DNA from: Desulfomonilia bacterium
GTDB taxonomy: Bacteria > Desulfobacterota > Desulfomonilia > UBA1062
Assembly (NCBI GenBank): GCA_050014195.1
Contig: JBEKDT010000005.1
Location: forward strand, 32,001 to 96,000
DNA: 64,000 nt
Direction: 5' to 3'
The notes below the pieces were generated by a model. It ran no database searches. It was given only the letters and a program-made list of their open reading frames with translations, and was not told where the DNA came from. A program made the translations under genes and the position numbers. Below are positions 1 through 10,513 of this stretch, in pieces; positions within the stretch are counted from its first letter, which is position 1; the number at the start of each line of letters is the position of its first letter.

Positions 1-98
1 TTTACAGGCAAGGCCTTTTTCTTTCTTCTGGGTCTTCTTTTCCCAAAAGTTCCTATCCAGGTCTTGCCCCGTTTGCTCCGTTGATCACCCTTGCCCAT
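1..98 (-). CDS. thx: 30S ribosomal protein Thx (bTHX), 3' end outside the window
   Basis: Not in the ORF track. Manual translation gives [32 protein letters not shown]..., matching the Thx signature GKGDxxT/SxRGKxxxGT(Y/F)GKxRP. A GGAGG RBS lies just upstream of the ATG at 98. Confidence 0.9.
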   Translation of the reverse strand, partial: MGKGDQRSKRGKTWIGTFGKRRPRRKKKALPV

Positions 99-177
99 AG
101 ATGGATCCTCCCTGTGCAATCATCTGATCATGATGGAATTCTTTAACTTTGATTATACACCTTTATCTGCTTTTCGT

Positions 178-1053
178 TCAATGCATCTCATTGAGCAGCC
201 GCAGGAGATGGTCTTTCCGGAAGACATAGGAACGGTTGCAGAAGTGACAGGAGATGTCGAATACCTCCTGGTCTCTGATGATCTCTTCGATTTGGGACCT
301 GCCGAGCGTTATGAGCGCCTGCTCTATCCGGGCACTGGAACACGAGCAGCGGAAAGACAGCTGTCTGGTCTCGATCGTACGATAGGGGACTCCATCGAAT
401 ACGGCTGCCAGGAGGTCTTCCGGTGTCTTTCCCTCCTTAAGCTGGCGGGTGATGGGCGGCATATTTTCGATCCTGCCTGCAAGAGAGTCGATGAGGGCCT
501 CATCGGCAGGCGGGAGCGACTGGACAAGGAACCCGCCGGATGCGGTCACGCTGCCGTCGGTCTCCACAAAAACACCTAAGCCGACCGCCGAGGGGATCTG
601 CTCGGATTCGGTGAGGTAAAAGGCGATGTCGGAGGCGATCTCGCCGGTGTAGAGTTTTACCACGCCATTATAAGGCTCCTTGAGCCTCAGGTCCTTGGTT
701 ACGGTGAGAAACCCTTCCCTGCCCAAGGCCCCACCGACATCGAACTTGCCGTTCCTGGGCGGCAGGTCCACCTGGGGCACCTCTACATAACCCCGTACCG
801 TGCCGTCACCCTCTGCCTCTACAATGATCTTCTTCAGAGGCCCGTTGCCGGTAAACTTGAGTGCCACCCTCTGGTCGGGTTCCAGCAATGCGCCGAGAAG
901 CTCGCCGCCGGTCAATGCCCTGCCGAGGGCCGCAGTGGCGGTCGGGTAGGTCCCGTGCCGCTTCCGCGCATCGTTTACGAGATTGGTCGTAATGCAGGCA
1001 AGGCCCAGGATGTTCTTCTCTTCAGTGATGATCCGCACCAGATAGTCTTCCAT
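178..1053 (-). CDS. hslO: Hsp33 redox-regulated chaperone
   Basis: TAALGRALT, GNGPL and SEQIPSA motifs; C-terminal Zn centre CSC...CHFC. Confidence 0.95.
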   Translation of the reverse strand: MEDYLVRIITEEKNILGLACITTNLVNDARKRHGTYPTATAALGRALTGGELLGALLEPDQRVALKFTGNGPLKKIIVEAEGDGTVRGYVEVPQVDLPPRNGKFDVGGALGREGFLTVTKDLRLKEPYNGVVKLYTGEIASDIAFYLTESEQIPSAVGLGVFVETDGSVTASGGFLVQSLPPADEALIDSLAGRIENMPPITRQLKEGKTPEDLLAAVFDGVPYRTIETRQLSFRCSCSSARIEQALITLGRSQIEEIIRDQEVFDISCHFCNRSYVFRKDHLLRLLNEMH

Positions 1054-1386
1054 TGAGGGACATTCCTTTCATCAGCGATGCCAAGATGTACTGCATTTAC
1101 TATCTCCTAGGACATGCACCGGAGGTATTCAAGGGTATTTTTCCCTACTATCGCAAAAGGGCCCTTCTATAGAAATCTACAGCTTCACCTGTTCGTCTAC
1201 TTGTGGAGATTATCAAAAGAAATATTCAGTATTGGCATAGCGTTATGTATGGCACGAAATCTTCAGTTGACGAAGTAACAATAAACAGCAATCATCTTCC
1301 ATGTTAAGAGAATTAATTTACTCATCATATTGTATTGTTACAAGAGCATATATTGATAACTTCCGAAAAGAACTATGTTTGAATGA

Positions 1387-1402
1387 TGGCATTTTAATTG
1401 CT
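1387..1402 (+). promoter_or_regulatory. Putative sigma54 (-24/-12) promoter
   Basis: TGGCATTTTAATTGCT has the exact GG-N10-GC spacing and lies about 120 bp upstream of the lipoprotein gene. Confidence 0.6.
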
Positions 1403-1524
1403 ATATAATTAAGTGAGTTACTCTATCACGATAGGCATCTTCACTGATAGGGAAACTTTTTAGTAACCAAGAAACATTACATCTATGAAAGCTTATTTTA
1501 GCTTATAATAGAGGTGGATTAACT

Positions 1525-2157
1525 ATGGATACATATCGTTTCCTGGGCCTCTTTCGGATTATCTTGATTTTATCTATTATTGCGCTTCTTATTGGTTGTG
1601 GTGGAAGCGGTGGGGGTGGTAAGGTATCGTCCGAATCTGCTTCTGAATTTACAATATCTGGTACGGTAAGTGGATATGCTCAAGGGGATTTTCCTATAAG
1701 GTTATCGGGCACTAACTCAGGTACTGGGTCGACAGATGACAGTGGGTATTATAGTTTTTCGGGCCTGACAAATGGGTCGTACACTGTTACCCCAATTATT
1801 TTTTGGTATTCATTCACTCCATGTAGTCAAGCGGTAACGATCAACGGAGCAGATGTCAGAGCAATCAACTTTACTTCTTATGCTTCAAGCGTTGGTTGTT
1901 ACTATAGCATCTCTGGAGTCATAACAGTGGATGGTGCGGCTAAGCAAGGTGTTATTGTAACATTATCGGGCACCAACTCAGGTACTGCGTCGACAGATGC
2001 CGGTGGGTATTATAGTTTTTCGAACCTGATGAATGGGGGATATATTCTTACACCATCCATTACTGAATATACATTCACTCCAAGTAGTCAAGCGGTTACG
2101 ATCAACGGATCGGATGTCGGTAAAATCAATTTTACAGCTACTGATCTTTCCCCTTAA
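1525..2157 (+). CDS. Lipoprotein with two carboxypeptidase-regulatory-like beta-sandwich repeats
   Basis: Lipobox LLIGC followed by a Gly-rich linker; two repeats of TDxxGYYSFSxLxNGxYxxTP; GAGG RBS. Confidence 0.8.
   Translation: MDTYRFLGLFRIILILSIIALLIGCGGSGGGGKVSSESASEFTISGTVSGYAQGDFPIRLSGTNSGTGSTDDSGYYSFSGLTNGSYTVTPIIFWYSFTPCSQAVTINGADVRAINFTSYASSVGCYYSISGVITVDGAAKQGVIVTLSGTNSGTASTDAGGYYSFSNLMNGGYILTPSITEYTFTPSSQAVTINGSDVGKINFTATDLSP
1702..2135 (+). repeat. Intragenic duplication, period 261 bp (87 aa)
   Basis: 1702-1874 aligns with 1963-2135 (shared ttatcgggcac, aactcaggtactg, gggtattatagtttttc, tagtcaagcggt). Confidence 0.85.
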
Positions 2158-2340
2158 AGCTAGGTCTATAAGTGAGTATTGCTTGTTAAATAATAAGAGG
2201 AGTACCAATATAAGGGCTAGATGTACTCAGATTAGCATCTTTTCACCCCCTCCTTAAACTAAATATTTCTTCGATAAATTGCTGGCCTCAACTTCAGATT
2301 ATGAACCATTGATAACTGTGATAGATGAGTACTTTTGAAA

Positions 2341-2414
2341 TGCCTGGAAATCGAAGATCTTGGTTTGAAACATATGAAGCATTTCACTCCATACGAGACC
2401 GTTGCACCTGGCAC
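2341..2414 (+). repeat. Dispersed direct repeat, copy A (promoter-like module)
   Basis: Ungapped match to 3791-3864, 58/74 identical by manual count; ends in TGGCAC. Confidence 0.8.
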
Positions 2415-2520
2415 GAAATCTACACATCTGCCTACTATCAAAAAACAGGGGTCTTATTCTACATGAACCTGGAATTTTTATATTGGCACCTTCATATGAT
2501 CATTATTACGCATTTCACAG

Positions 2521-3507
2521 TTACGAATCATTATTCTCTTTTGTCTGATCACTCAATACCGCTTCCATCTTCCTGTGGACATACTCCTTGAAGTCCAACT
2601 TTTTTTTAATGATCCTTCTCATGTCCGAACGCTTAAGCCACCTACTGTAGAGCCAGAACCAATGCTCCGGGTGTTCTCTGACAACAGAAGCCACCCAGGA
2701 CTGCATGAAGTCACTCAGTTTCTGTATAGCCTCATCCCCATCGCCATACTGTGCCGCATCCACAGCCTTGGCAAAGTACCAGTGGTAGGTGCCTTTCTGC
2801 TTAATGGTATAGACCGGCATTACCAGGGCATTCCCTATGAGTGCTATCGAGGCTGGTGCGGATTTGGAAGGCGCCGGCATGCCGAAGATATCGCAGAACA
2901 GGTCGTCTTTCTGGTCTCCACGCATGTCGATGATCATGCCGACGATGGTCTTGCCCTTTTTCAGTTCATTAATAAGCATGTGAAATGTGCCCGTTGGTGG
3001 CAGGACGGTGGCACCACAGCGGTCCCGGATACCGTTCACTATAGCTTCAAGCTTCGGATTTTTGCGGATATCAGCCATGGCGTAAAACTCAGTGCCCACA
3101 ACCTTCTTCATATGGCCGAGGATCTCCCAGTTCCCGATGTGGCCCGTGAACATCATGAGCCCCCGTCCGCTTGCCAGCGCCTCATCTACGTGCTCCTTCC
3201 CCTCCACCACAATCCTGCTTCTGATCTCTTCATCGCTCATAAATGCATACCGGATCGTGTCTACAATTATTTCTGTCTGGTTCATGAATACCTTCAGCAC
3301 AAGCCGCCACGGATTCTCTATGCCAAGGGCGGTGCGTATCTGGACTGTGGCAACCTTCCTATGGAACGGGTCTACGAGCCACATGATGATGCCAATAAAT
3401 CGAAAAAGATTCACCACGAGGTTATAGGGCAGGCATCGGATGAGCCTGATCACAGCGCGTAATGCCTGATACGGTATTTCCTGCAGGATAGGTATAATGG
3501 GTTTCAT
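2521..3507 (-). CDS. Lipid A biosynthesis-type acyltransferase (LpxL/HtrB family)
   Basis: GHIGNWE catalytic HxxxxE motif; C-terminal HPEHWFWLYSRW. Confidence 0.88.
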   Translation of the reverse strand: MKPIIPILQEIPYQALRAVIRLIRCLPYNLVVNLFRFIGIIMWLVDPFHRKVATVQIRTALGIENPWRLVLKVFMNQTEIIVDTIRYAFMSDEEIRSRIVVEGKEHVDEALASGRGLMMFTGHIGNWEILGHMKKVVGTEFYAMADIRKNPKLEAIVNGIRDRCGATVLPPTGTFHMLINELKKGKTIVGMIIDMRGDQKDDLFCDIFGMPAPSKSAPASIALIGNALVMPVYTIKQKGTYHWYFAKAVDAAQYGDGDEAIQKLSDFMQSWVASVVREHPEHWFWLYSRWLKRSDMRRIIKKKLDFKEYVHRKMEAVLSDQTKENNDS

Positions 3508-3790
3508 GATTTCTTCTTTCGTGTCTTAATTTCTTCAGCCTGGGCTTTTGGGGACCAACGGGTTAAAAACCTGCAGCCCAATGCTTAGATTAGAATTATC
3601 CCTAAACATGGGTTGAATACCCCGCCATGAACCAGTCAAGGCTTGAAATAAATAAGTGTAAAATCGCCACTTCTATAATAACTGATGTTTAATTTCATCA
3701 TAGAGTTGTAATCACTCTTTTTATAACATGAGATGTGTTTCAACTCTATATCAGAGTAGAGATAACTGCGATTTCTTCTCGGTTCTATGA

Positions 3791-3864
3791 AGTCTGAAAA
3801 CTGAAGATATTGGTTTGAAACATACGAAGCCTATCACTTAATACCAGACCGTGGCCAATGGCAC
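3791..3864 (+). repeat. Dispersed direct repeat, copy B
   Basis: Lies 1450 bp downstream of copy A; shared core tggtttgaaacata..gaagc..tcact..atac.agaccgt. Confidence 0.8.
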
Positions 3865-4217
3865 CCATTAAAAGGCCCCTGTCAATAAAAACATAGTTCG
3901 CCATCGCACATTTTTTTGCAGGTGTAACGTATAGCCAGCTGGGAGCATACCAACGATTCCTTTTCTGCGCCCTGTTTTTCATTATGCTCAGGTGACAGAT
4001 TACGATCCGCACCAGGCACCCATCGGGGTTTAGACTGTACAGCGAGAGGGTGATGTGAAGGGAGTAGCCCTCTCAGCCCATACATCCCTGACAGCATCTG
4101 CTGTCCCAGAAAAATATCGGTTCCTTTCTTGCCGAAGCAACACCTATCACAACAGATCTTAATTACTCTAATGTTGATCTCGGTCTTACCGGAACGTTCG
4201 CTACGGTCACGGTAGCG

Positions 4218-4676
4218 GTGACGGGAGACACAGCAACGTTTACAGTTGACGCCAATCAAGCTCTCTTAGGGGCTGGGTCAAACTTTGGCATACAGTCATT
4301 CGGATTCAATTCCAGTCTAGACTTATCAAGTGCCGTTTTTTCATTACCCAATAAATGGAGTGTAAAATCTGGCCAGAACCTCAGCATGTTTGGTATTTTT
4401 AACTATGATACAGTAGGGAAAGGAAATAGTAGACATGATCCACTGACTTTTACGGTGACGGAGTTGGGCATTAACAATGCGAGTCAGTTCTATATTGCTA
4501 ATTCAGATGGTTATCATTATGCTGCACATATCGCTGATTTCACTAATGGTCGTGATTGCGACAGTGCATGGTTTTCCGATAAGGCGACACCCCCAGTCCC
4601 TGAGCCCGCTACACTGATGCTTCTCGGATCAGGTCTTCTCGGACTGGCAGGATTCAGAAGAAAGATGAAAAAGTAA
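4218..4676 (+). CDS. PEP-CTERM sorting domain protein, apparently 5'-truncated (possible pseudogene)
   Basis: C-terminal VPEPATLMLLGSGLLGLAGFRRKMKK. The frame stays open upstream to 4092 and contains a signal-peptidase-like site (FLAEA-TPI) but no ATG/GTG/TTG start before it. Confidence 0.85.
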   Translation: MTGDTATFTVDANQALLGAGSNFGIQSFGFNSSLDLSSAVFSLPNKWSVKSGQNLSMFGIFNYDTVGKGNSRHDPLTFTVTELGINNASQFYIANSDGYHYAAHIADFTNGRDCDSAWFSDKATPPVPEPATLMLLGSGLLGLAGFRRKMKK

Positions 4677-4700
4677 TACAGCATATTAACAGGATATCAG

Positions 4701-4731
4701 AGGCAGGGTCATTGAAAGGCCCTGCCTTTTT
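4701..4731 (+). terminator. Rho-independent terminator
   Basis: AGGCAGGGTC-loop-GGCCCTGCCT hairpin followed by a T run, just after the PEP-CTERM stop. Confidence 0.8.
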
Positions 4732-4875
4732 ATTTATTCTTTGTAAATGGTCACAGCAAGTCAAGGTATGACTCCTGATGCGCAATATTTAGCTTTATAA
4801 TAAATGTAATGCATATCTTATGAAATCTCCCGATAAGATAGTTAGTTAACCAATCCTAAATAATAGGGTTTCAAC

Positions 4876-5199
4876 ATGAATGATAGAAGAAATAATCTTA
4901 GAAAAAACTACAAATCAAAGGTATCATTACAATTGAATGAAATTATTAAGGGATATGGATATACAAAAGATATCAGTATTGGTGGTGTATGTATTAACTC
5001 ACCGGAACTTTTTGCTTTCCTGGGGCTGGAACAAGCTGATCAATTCCTTAATCTTACGTTGAATGTTTCTTTTGTGTCTGAATCTTTAACACTTCTAGGC
5101 ACTATAATCCGAGTTAATGCGTTCGAAAATGAATTGGTAATTAGTATATCTCAAATATCAAACCCCACAAGGTGGATGTGGCTATGTAACTATGGATGA
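4876..5199 (+). CDS. Stand-alone PilZ domain protein
   Basis: RxxxR (RNNLR) and DxSxxG (DISIGG) c-di-GMP-binding motifs. Confidence 0.85.
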   Translation: MNDRRNNLRKNYKSKVSLQLNEIIKGYGYTKDISIGGVCINSPELFAFLGLEQADQFLNLTLNVSFVSESLTLLGTIIRVNAFENELVISISQISNPTRWMWLCNYG

Positions 5200-5654
5200 T
5201 CCTTGGTTATAAAGGAGATGTTTTAACTTTAGCTTGATGATAAAATCATTAGAAGACAATCTTTCAGGTTCATGTCAACTTTAAAGGACTATCACTTAGT
5301 CACCTAACAGTGTTGATCTCTGCGATATTATCGATGGTCTCGAGACGAGATATATGTAAATGGTTACATCATGTCAGAGTGCCAATCCTGGCACGGATTC
5401 TACAATTCTACAGAACCGGTTTTTCAAAGGTGACGTGCCATGATCGATATTATAAGGTAGAGGGAGTTCTGATAGAGATATCTCCAAAAGACTGTAACAA
5501 ATCAGTGTTTTCTAAGTCCTTCGATTCATAACAATGCAATCAATATATTTGCTGATTGTCCATTTACCCTCAAATGGGGTCAATGGAGATTATTAAGGAT
5601 TACCAAAATGACGATATACTTTGAACGGGAAGACACAATGAGAGCAAACCCATT

Positions 5655-8600
5655 ATGAGACACCTAAAACCGACAAGAGGGCAGCTTATGGAAGAGTTAA
5701 CCGAGGCACAGCAACCGATCTCAGAGATGGTCATATCTGCATCAGAACACAATCAGGAGGAAGAAGCGCTTCGCCCTTTCGAGGAGCGTTACCGAAACAT
5801 CCTTGAGAGCATGGAAGAAATTTATTACGAAGTAGATCTGAATGGAAACTTCACATTCTTCAATGCCTCATCACTTAAGACCTTAGGTTACACCGATGAT
5901 GAACTCATGGGCATGAACTACCGGAAGTATATGGATGGGGAGAATGCTGAAAAGGTGCTTGAGGCTTTCCACAAGGTTTACCTCACAGGAGAAACCATAA
6001 ACGGATTTGATTATGAGATCATCACCAAGAATAGTAAGAAAATTGTTGTGGAGGCGTCCGTATCCATCAAAAAGGATAAAAATGGAAATCCTCTCGGATT
6101 TAAGGGTGTCATACGTGACATCACGACGAGGAAACAGGCAGAAAAGAAACTCAGGGAGAGTGAAGAAAGGTACAGGACAATCCTCGATAACATTGAGGAT
6201 GGCTACTATGAACTTGACCTCAACGGGAATCTCACCTTCTTCAATTACATGATTCCCACAATTTCAGGATACTCACCAGAAGAGCTCATGGGGAAAAACT
6301 ATCAGGAGTATGCAGATGTGGAGAGTATCCGACATATGGCTGACACGTATTATGAGGTGTTCAGAACAGGACAACCCTCCAAAGGACTGGAATGGAACAT
6401 CATGAGAAAAGATGGCTCCATGATTCCCCTTGAGTCATCCATTTCCCTCATCCGGGATAGGTCCGGTAAACCGACAGGATTCCGTGGTATCGTTCGAGAT
6501 ATTTCGGAGAGAAAACACACGGAGGAAGCGCTGCGCGAATCACAGCAAATGTTGCGCCTGGTGCTTGATACCATTCCTGTGAGGGTCTTCTGGAAAGACA
6601 AGGAGTTGAATTACCTTGGCTGTAACAAGCAATTTGCAAAAGACGCAGGGCTTAAATCGACTGATGAGATAATCGGCAGGAACGACTTTGACATGGTTTG
6701 GGTTAATCAGGCCGAACTTTATCGATCTGATGATCGTGCAGTTATAGAAAGTGGCAAGCAAAAACTTAATTATGAAGAACCCCAGACCACACCTACCGGA
6801 GATAAAATATGGCTGCATACAAGTAAGACACCTTTACTTGATAGCAATGGGATTATCAGTGGTGTGTTGGGAACATACGAGGATATTACCGTGCAGAAGC
6901 TGGCCCAAGAAGCACTGAGGGAATCCAAGCAACAAATGGCGGATATCATCAACTTTCTTCCCGATGCCACACTTGTCATTAACAAGGAAGGAATGGTCAT
7001 CGCTTGGAACAAGGCTATCGAGAAGATGACCGGCTTCAGTGCTGATGAAATGATCGGCAAGAAAAACTACGAGTATGCAATCCCCTTCTATGGAGAAAGA
7101 AGGCCTACTCTTATTGATCTCGTACTCATGCCCAAGGAAGAAGTCGAGAAGAAGTATTGCCACATCAAGCGCAAAGGTAGTCTGCTCATCGGAGATACCG
7201 ATGCCCCTGTTGTTAGGGGGCAGAAAAGTTTCCTTTCAGGGTGGGCGCAACCGATATATGACTCATCAGGAGAAATCGTCGGTGCCATAGAATGTATTCG
7301 TGATATCACTGACAAGCAAAGAGCTGAAGAAGCACTTCAGGAAAGTGAATCCCGCTATCGGTTGCTTGCAGAGAATGCCAGCGATATCATCTTCACCATG
7401 GATAAAGATCTTCAATTCACCTACATCAGCCCTTCTATAGAACGAGTACGTGGCTTCACTGTTGAAGAAGCTATGTCCCAGACACCTGCCGAGGCCTTGA
7501 CTCCGGCTTCTCTGGAAGTTGGTATGAATGTCTTCCTGGAAGAATTGGAGATCGAGGCCAGAGAAACCAAGGATCTTAGGAGAACTCGCACGGTGGAATT
7601 AGAAGAAACTTGCAAGGACGGATCTACCATCTGGACCGAAAGTACCTTTTCACCTTTGAGGGACAATGAAGAGAGGTTTACGGGTTTCCTGGGTATAACC
7701 CGTGATATCACTGGTCGTAAGCTTGCTGAGAAGTCTCTACAGGAGAGCGAAGAACGGTATCGAACGATCTTTGAGAATGCCACTGAGGGCATCTTCCAGA
7801 CAAAACCCGAGGGGTGGTTTCTGAGTGTGAACCCTGCTTTGGCACGGATGTTCGGGTTTTCTTCACCCCGGGAAATGATCGACACCGTTAAAAATTTGAA
7901 CCAGGAACTTTATGTAAACCCTAACGACCGGGAACACATGCTTGAGATTCTCCTGCAGAACCACCAGATTGAAGGGTATGAAGTTGAGTTTTACCGAAAA
8001 GACAGGAGCAAGATCTGGATTTCCCTCAATATTCACGTAGTGCGTGACGCGAAAGGGAATCCTTTATACTTTGAAGGTACAAATGTGGAAATCACCCAGC
8101 GCAAGCAAGCTGAAGAAGAGCGCAGAAAGCTCGAAGAGCAGCTGATGCAAGCCCAGAAGATGGAGTCTGTTGGTCGTTTAGCCGGGGGTGTGGCCCATGA
8201 CTTCAACAATATGCTCACACCGATTATGGGTTATGCAGAAATGCTCCTGGATGACCTTGCTCCGGATGATCCACACAGAAATAACGTTGCACAGATCTCC
8301 CACTCCGCAGAGCGGTCCAAGGGTCTGGTGATGCAGCTTCTGGCCTTTGCACGCAGGCAGACCCTGGAGATGAAACCTGTCAACCTGAACAGGGTGATTA
8401 CCGGGGTGAAAAATATGATTCAGCGTACTCTTCAAGAGAACGTGAAGATCGAAATCCGCCAAGCTCCGGTCCTGGGTGTAATCCAGGCTGATACCGGACA
8501 GGTTGAACAGATAATATTAAACCTTTCAGTCAATGCGCAGGATGCCATGCCGGATGGAGGGGCAATCTTCATCGAAACCTCAGAAGTTGTTTTAGACGAT

Positions 8601-9275
8601 ACTTATGCCAGAACCCACGAAGGGATCACTCCAGGGCATTACATCATGATGTCATTCATTGATACGGGCACTGGCATGGACAAGGAGACTCTCGAACATA
8701 TCTTTGAACCCTTCTACACCACCAAGGGGGCGGGAAAGGGAACGGGCCTCGGATTGGCAACAGTCTATGGCATTGTCAAGCAGCATGGAGGACATATCTC
8801 TGTTTATAGTGAAATTGGCAAGGGGACCATCTTTCGGATTTATTTTCCCAATTATGAAGGGGTTGATGCCCCTGCATCGGCAATTCGAATGAAAGAGAAA
8901 CCTTTGCATGGTACCGAGACGGTTCTAGTCGTGGAGGATGAAAACCAGGTACGTGATATTACTGTAAACGCACTCAGACACTATGGTTACACAGTCCTGG
9001 AAGCACAAGACGGCAGGACAGCACAGGAAGCATTTAATTCATATCAAGGAGACATCCACATGCTTCTTACAGATGTTATACTGCCTGATATGAATGGCCG
9101 TATGGTTTACACGCAACTCTCCAGTTTAAGAAATGAACTTAAGGTGCTCTACATGTCGGGATATACCTCTGATGTGATTAGTCACCACGGGGTGTTGGAG
9201 CCGGGTGTTCATTTCATCCAGAAGCCATTCAATCTCCAAGATCTTGCCTATAAGGTGCGGGATGTGCTTGACTAA
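5655..9275 (+). CDS. Cytoplasmic hybrid histidine kinase: 6 PAS/PAC, HisKA, HATPase, REC
   Basis: Six PAS units ending in (R/E)DIT-like motifs; H-box AHDFNN; G-boxes DTGTGM and GTGLGL; REC with VEDE, TDVILP and KP. Confidence 0.95.
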   Translation: MRHLKPTRGQLMEELTEAQQPISEMVISASEHNQEEEALRPFEERYRNILESMEEIYYEVDLNGNFTFFNASSLKTLGYTDDELMGMNYRKYMDGENAEKVLEAFHKVYLTGETINGFDYEIITKNSKKIVVEASVSIKKDKNGNPLGFKGVIRDITTRKQAEKKLRESEERYRTILDNIEDGYYELDLNGNLTFFNYMIPTISGYSPEELMGKNYQEYADVESIRHMADTYYEVFRTGQPSKGLEWNIMRKDGSMIPLESSISLIRDRSGKPTGFRGIVRDISERKHTEEALRESQQMLRLVLDTIPVRVFWKDKELNYLGCNKQFAKDAGLKSTDEIIGRNDFDMVWVNQAELYRSDDRAVIESGKQKLNYEEPQTTPTGDKIWLHTSKTPLLDSNGIISGVLGTYEDITVQKLAQEALRESKQQMADIINFLPDATLVINKEGMVIAWNKAIEKMTGFSADEMIGKKNYEYAIPFYGERRPTLIDLVLMPKEEVEKKYCHIKRKGSLLIGDTDAPVVRGQKSFLSGWAQPIYDSSGEIVGAIECIRDITDKQRAEEALQESESRYRLLAENASDIIFTMDKDLQFTYISPSIERVRGFTVEEAMSQTPAEALTPASLEVGMNVFLEELEIEARETKDLRRTRTVELEETCKDGSTIWTESTFSPLRDNEERFTGFLGITRDITGRKLAEKSLQESEERYRTIFENATEGIFQTKPEGWFLSVNPALARMFGFSSPREMIDTVKNLNQELYVNPNDREHMLEILLQNHQIEGYEVEFYRKDRSKIWISLNIHVVRDAKGNPLYFEGTNVEITQRKQAEEERRKLEEQLMQAQKMESVGRLAGGVAHDFNNMLTPIMGYAEMLLDDLAPDDPHRNNVAQISHSAERSKGLVMQLLAFARRQTLEMKPVNLNRVITGVKNMIQRTLQENVKIEIRQAPVLGVIQADTGQVEQIILNLSVNAQDAMPDGGAIFIETSEVVLDDTYARTHEGITPGHYIMMSFIDTGTGMDKETLEHIFEPFYTTKGAGKGTGLGLATVYGIVKQHGGHISVYSEIGKGTIFRIYFPNYEGVDAPASAIRMKEKPLHGTETVLVVEDENQVRDITVNALRHYGYTVLEAQDGRTAQEAFNSYQGDIHMLLTDVILPDMNGRMVYTQLSSLRNELKVLYMSGYTSDVISHHGVLEPGVHFIQKPFNLQDLAYKVRDVLD

Positions 9276-9635
9276 GGGTGATAGCCTGGAAATGTGACTT
9301 GATAACAGGGTACGAATGTAATGTAATTACCCTCTAGAATCAATACCAATCATGCGGTTAAATTTTTTTTGTAACTGATCAGATAGTAGTAGCAAAGCCC
9401 TTGGTATGGATAATTTGTATTATACTCCTTGATCCAGACTTCTGTTATAGTAGAAGCATTGATTACTTCGATAGATATACGTTTTCAAAAGGTCAGAAAA
9501 CTGATGATCTTGAGAAGAGATCGATGCAAAGTCTCACTTCATTTCTCCAAGCTATCGAAGGCACCTGATCTCTCTCCTGATGAGGATATTCTTCCGGCGC
9601 AGGCTGCCAGCATAAGGAGGCACCACCATGGGGCC

Positions 9636-10442
9636 TCACCTCCGGGAGCCAAGAAATCCTAAGTCCAGGCCCTCGACGGCCGCAAGGGCAACCCGGACGG
9701 CATCCGACTCGGCCTTGTCCTTGACCGAGAGGTCCACCGCCTCGCCCGTGGTGGGGTCGTCGATGACCGCACATACACACCCGGCGGCAAAGCCGTATAC
9801 ACCCGCCATCTTGAAGAGTGTCCCGCATTCCATCTCATAGTTCAAGATGTTCAGGTGAGCGTACTCCTCGGTGATGCCCTGCAGGCGCCGCAGCAAGTGA
9901 GTGTTGGCTGAAGTGAGCGTGCGCTCCTGGCCCTCGAAGAATGTGTCGACCGATGCGGTTATGCCCAGGTGCCAGTCCACACCGAGTTGCCTGGCTGCCT
10001 TCACCAGGGCCACGGTGATGAATGGGTCGGCTGCGGCAGGGTACTCCACGGGCGCGATGTCGAGCGCTGCACCCTGCCGGCACAGCGCCGCCTTGGATAT
10101 GATGGCGCCTCCGGACCTGATGGAGTCTTGGATGGAGCCCGTGGTGCCCACGCGGATGATAAGCCTGATACCCACCTGGTAGAGCTCGTTTACCACAATG
10201 CTCGTAGAAGGTGCACCCATGCCGGATGTAGCCAGCAAAAGCGGCCTCCCCTGTTCCGTTGAGGTAAGGCAACTCACCAGCCCCCGCTTCTCGGAGAGAA
10301 GCCTAGCCTGCTTGATCCCGGGAAAGCCTCCTGCAATCCTTCTGATACGGTCCGGGTCACCGCAGAGCAGGGCGCACAGGGGCGGGTCTGTCCCGAGGTC
10401 CGATTGAGAGAAACCGATGTGATACTTCGGCGCATCAGCCAT
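9636..10442 (-). CDS. udp: Uridine phosphorylase
   Basis: GDPDR, SGMGAPS, RVGTTG, FFEGQER and NYEME motifs. Confidence 0.88.
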   Translation of the reverse strand: MADAPKYHIGFSQSDLGTDPPLCALLCGDPDRIRRIAGGFPGIKQARLLSEKRGLVSCLTSTEQGRPLLLATSGMGAPSTSIVVNELYQVGIRLIIRVGTTGSIQDSIRSGGAIISKAALCRQGAALDIAPVEYPAAADPFITVALVKAARQLGVDWHLGITASVDTFFEGQERTLTSANTHLLRRLQGITEEYAHLNILNYEMECGTLFKMAGVYGFAAGCVCAVIDDPTTGEAVDLSVKDKAESDAVRVALAAVEGLDLGFLGSRR

Positions 10443-10513
10443 ATCATCACCCCCTTGTCAATGAGAATTCCTTTGCCTCCTGATCGCGCCTTGATCCCTG
10501 AAGCTGCTCCACA

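Noticed and set aside
1420-1453. tetO-like sequences (ACTCTATCACGATAGG and TCACTGATAGGGA)
   Set aside because: Only partial matches with wrong spacing, and no TetR gene nearby; probably chance.
5310-5531. 73-aa ORF upstream of the PAS kinase
   Set aside because: No RBS or motif; it overlaps a probable regulatory region.
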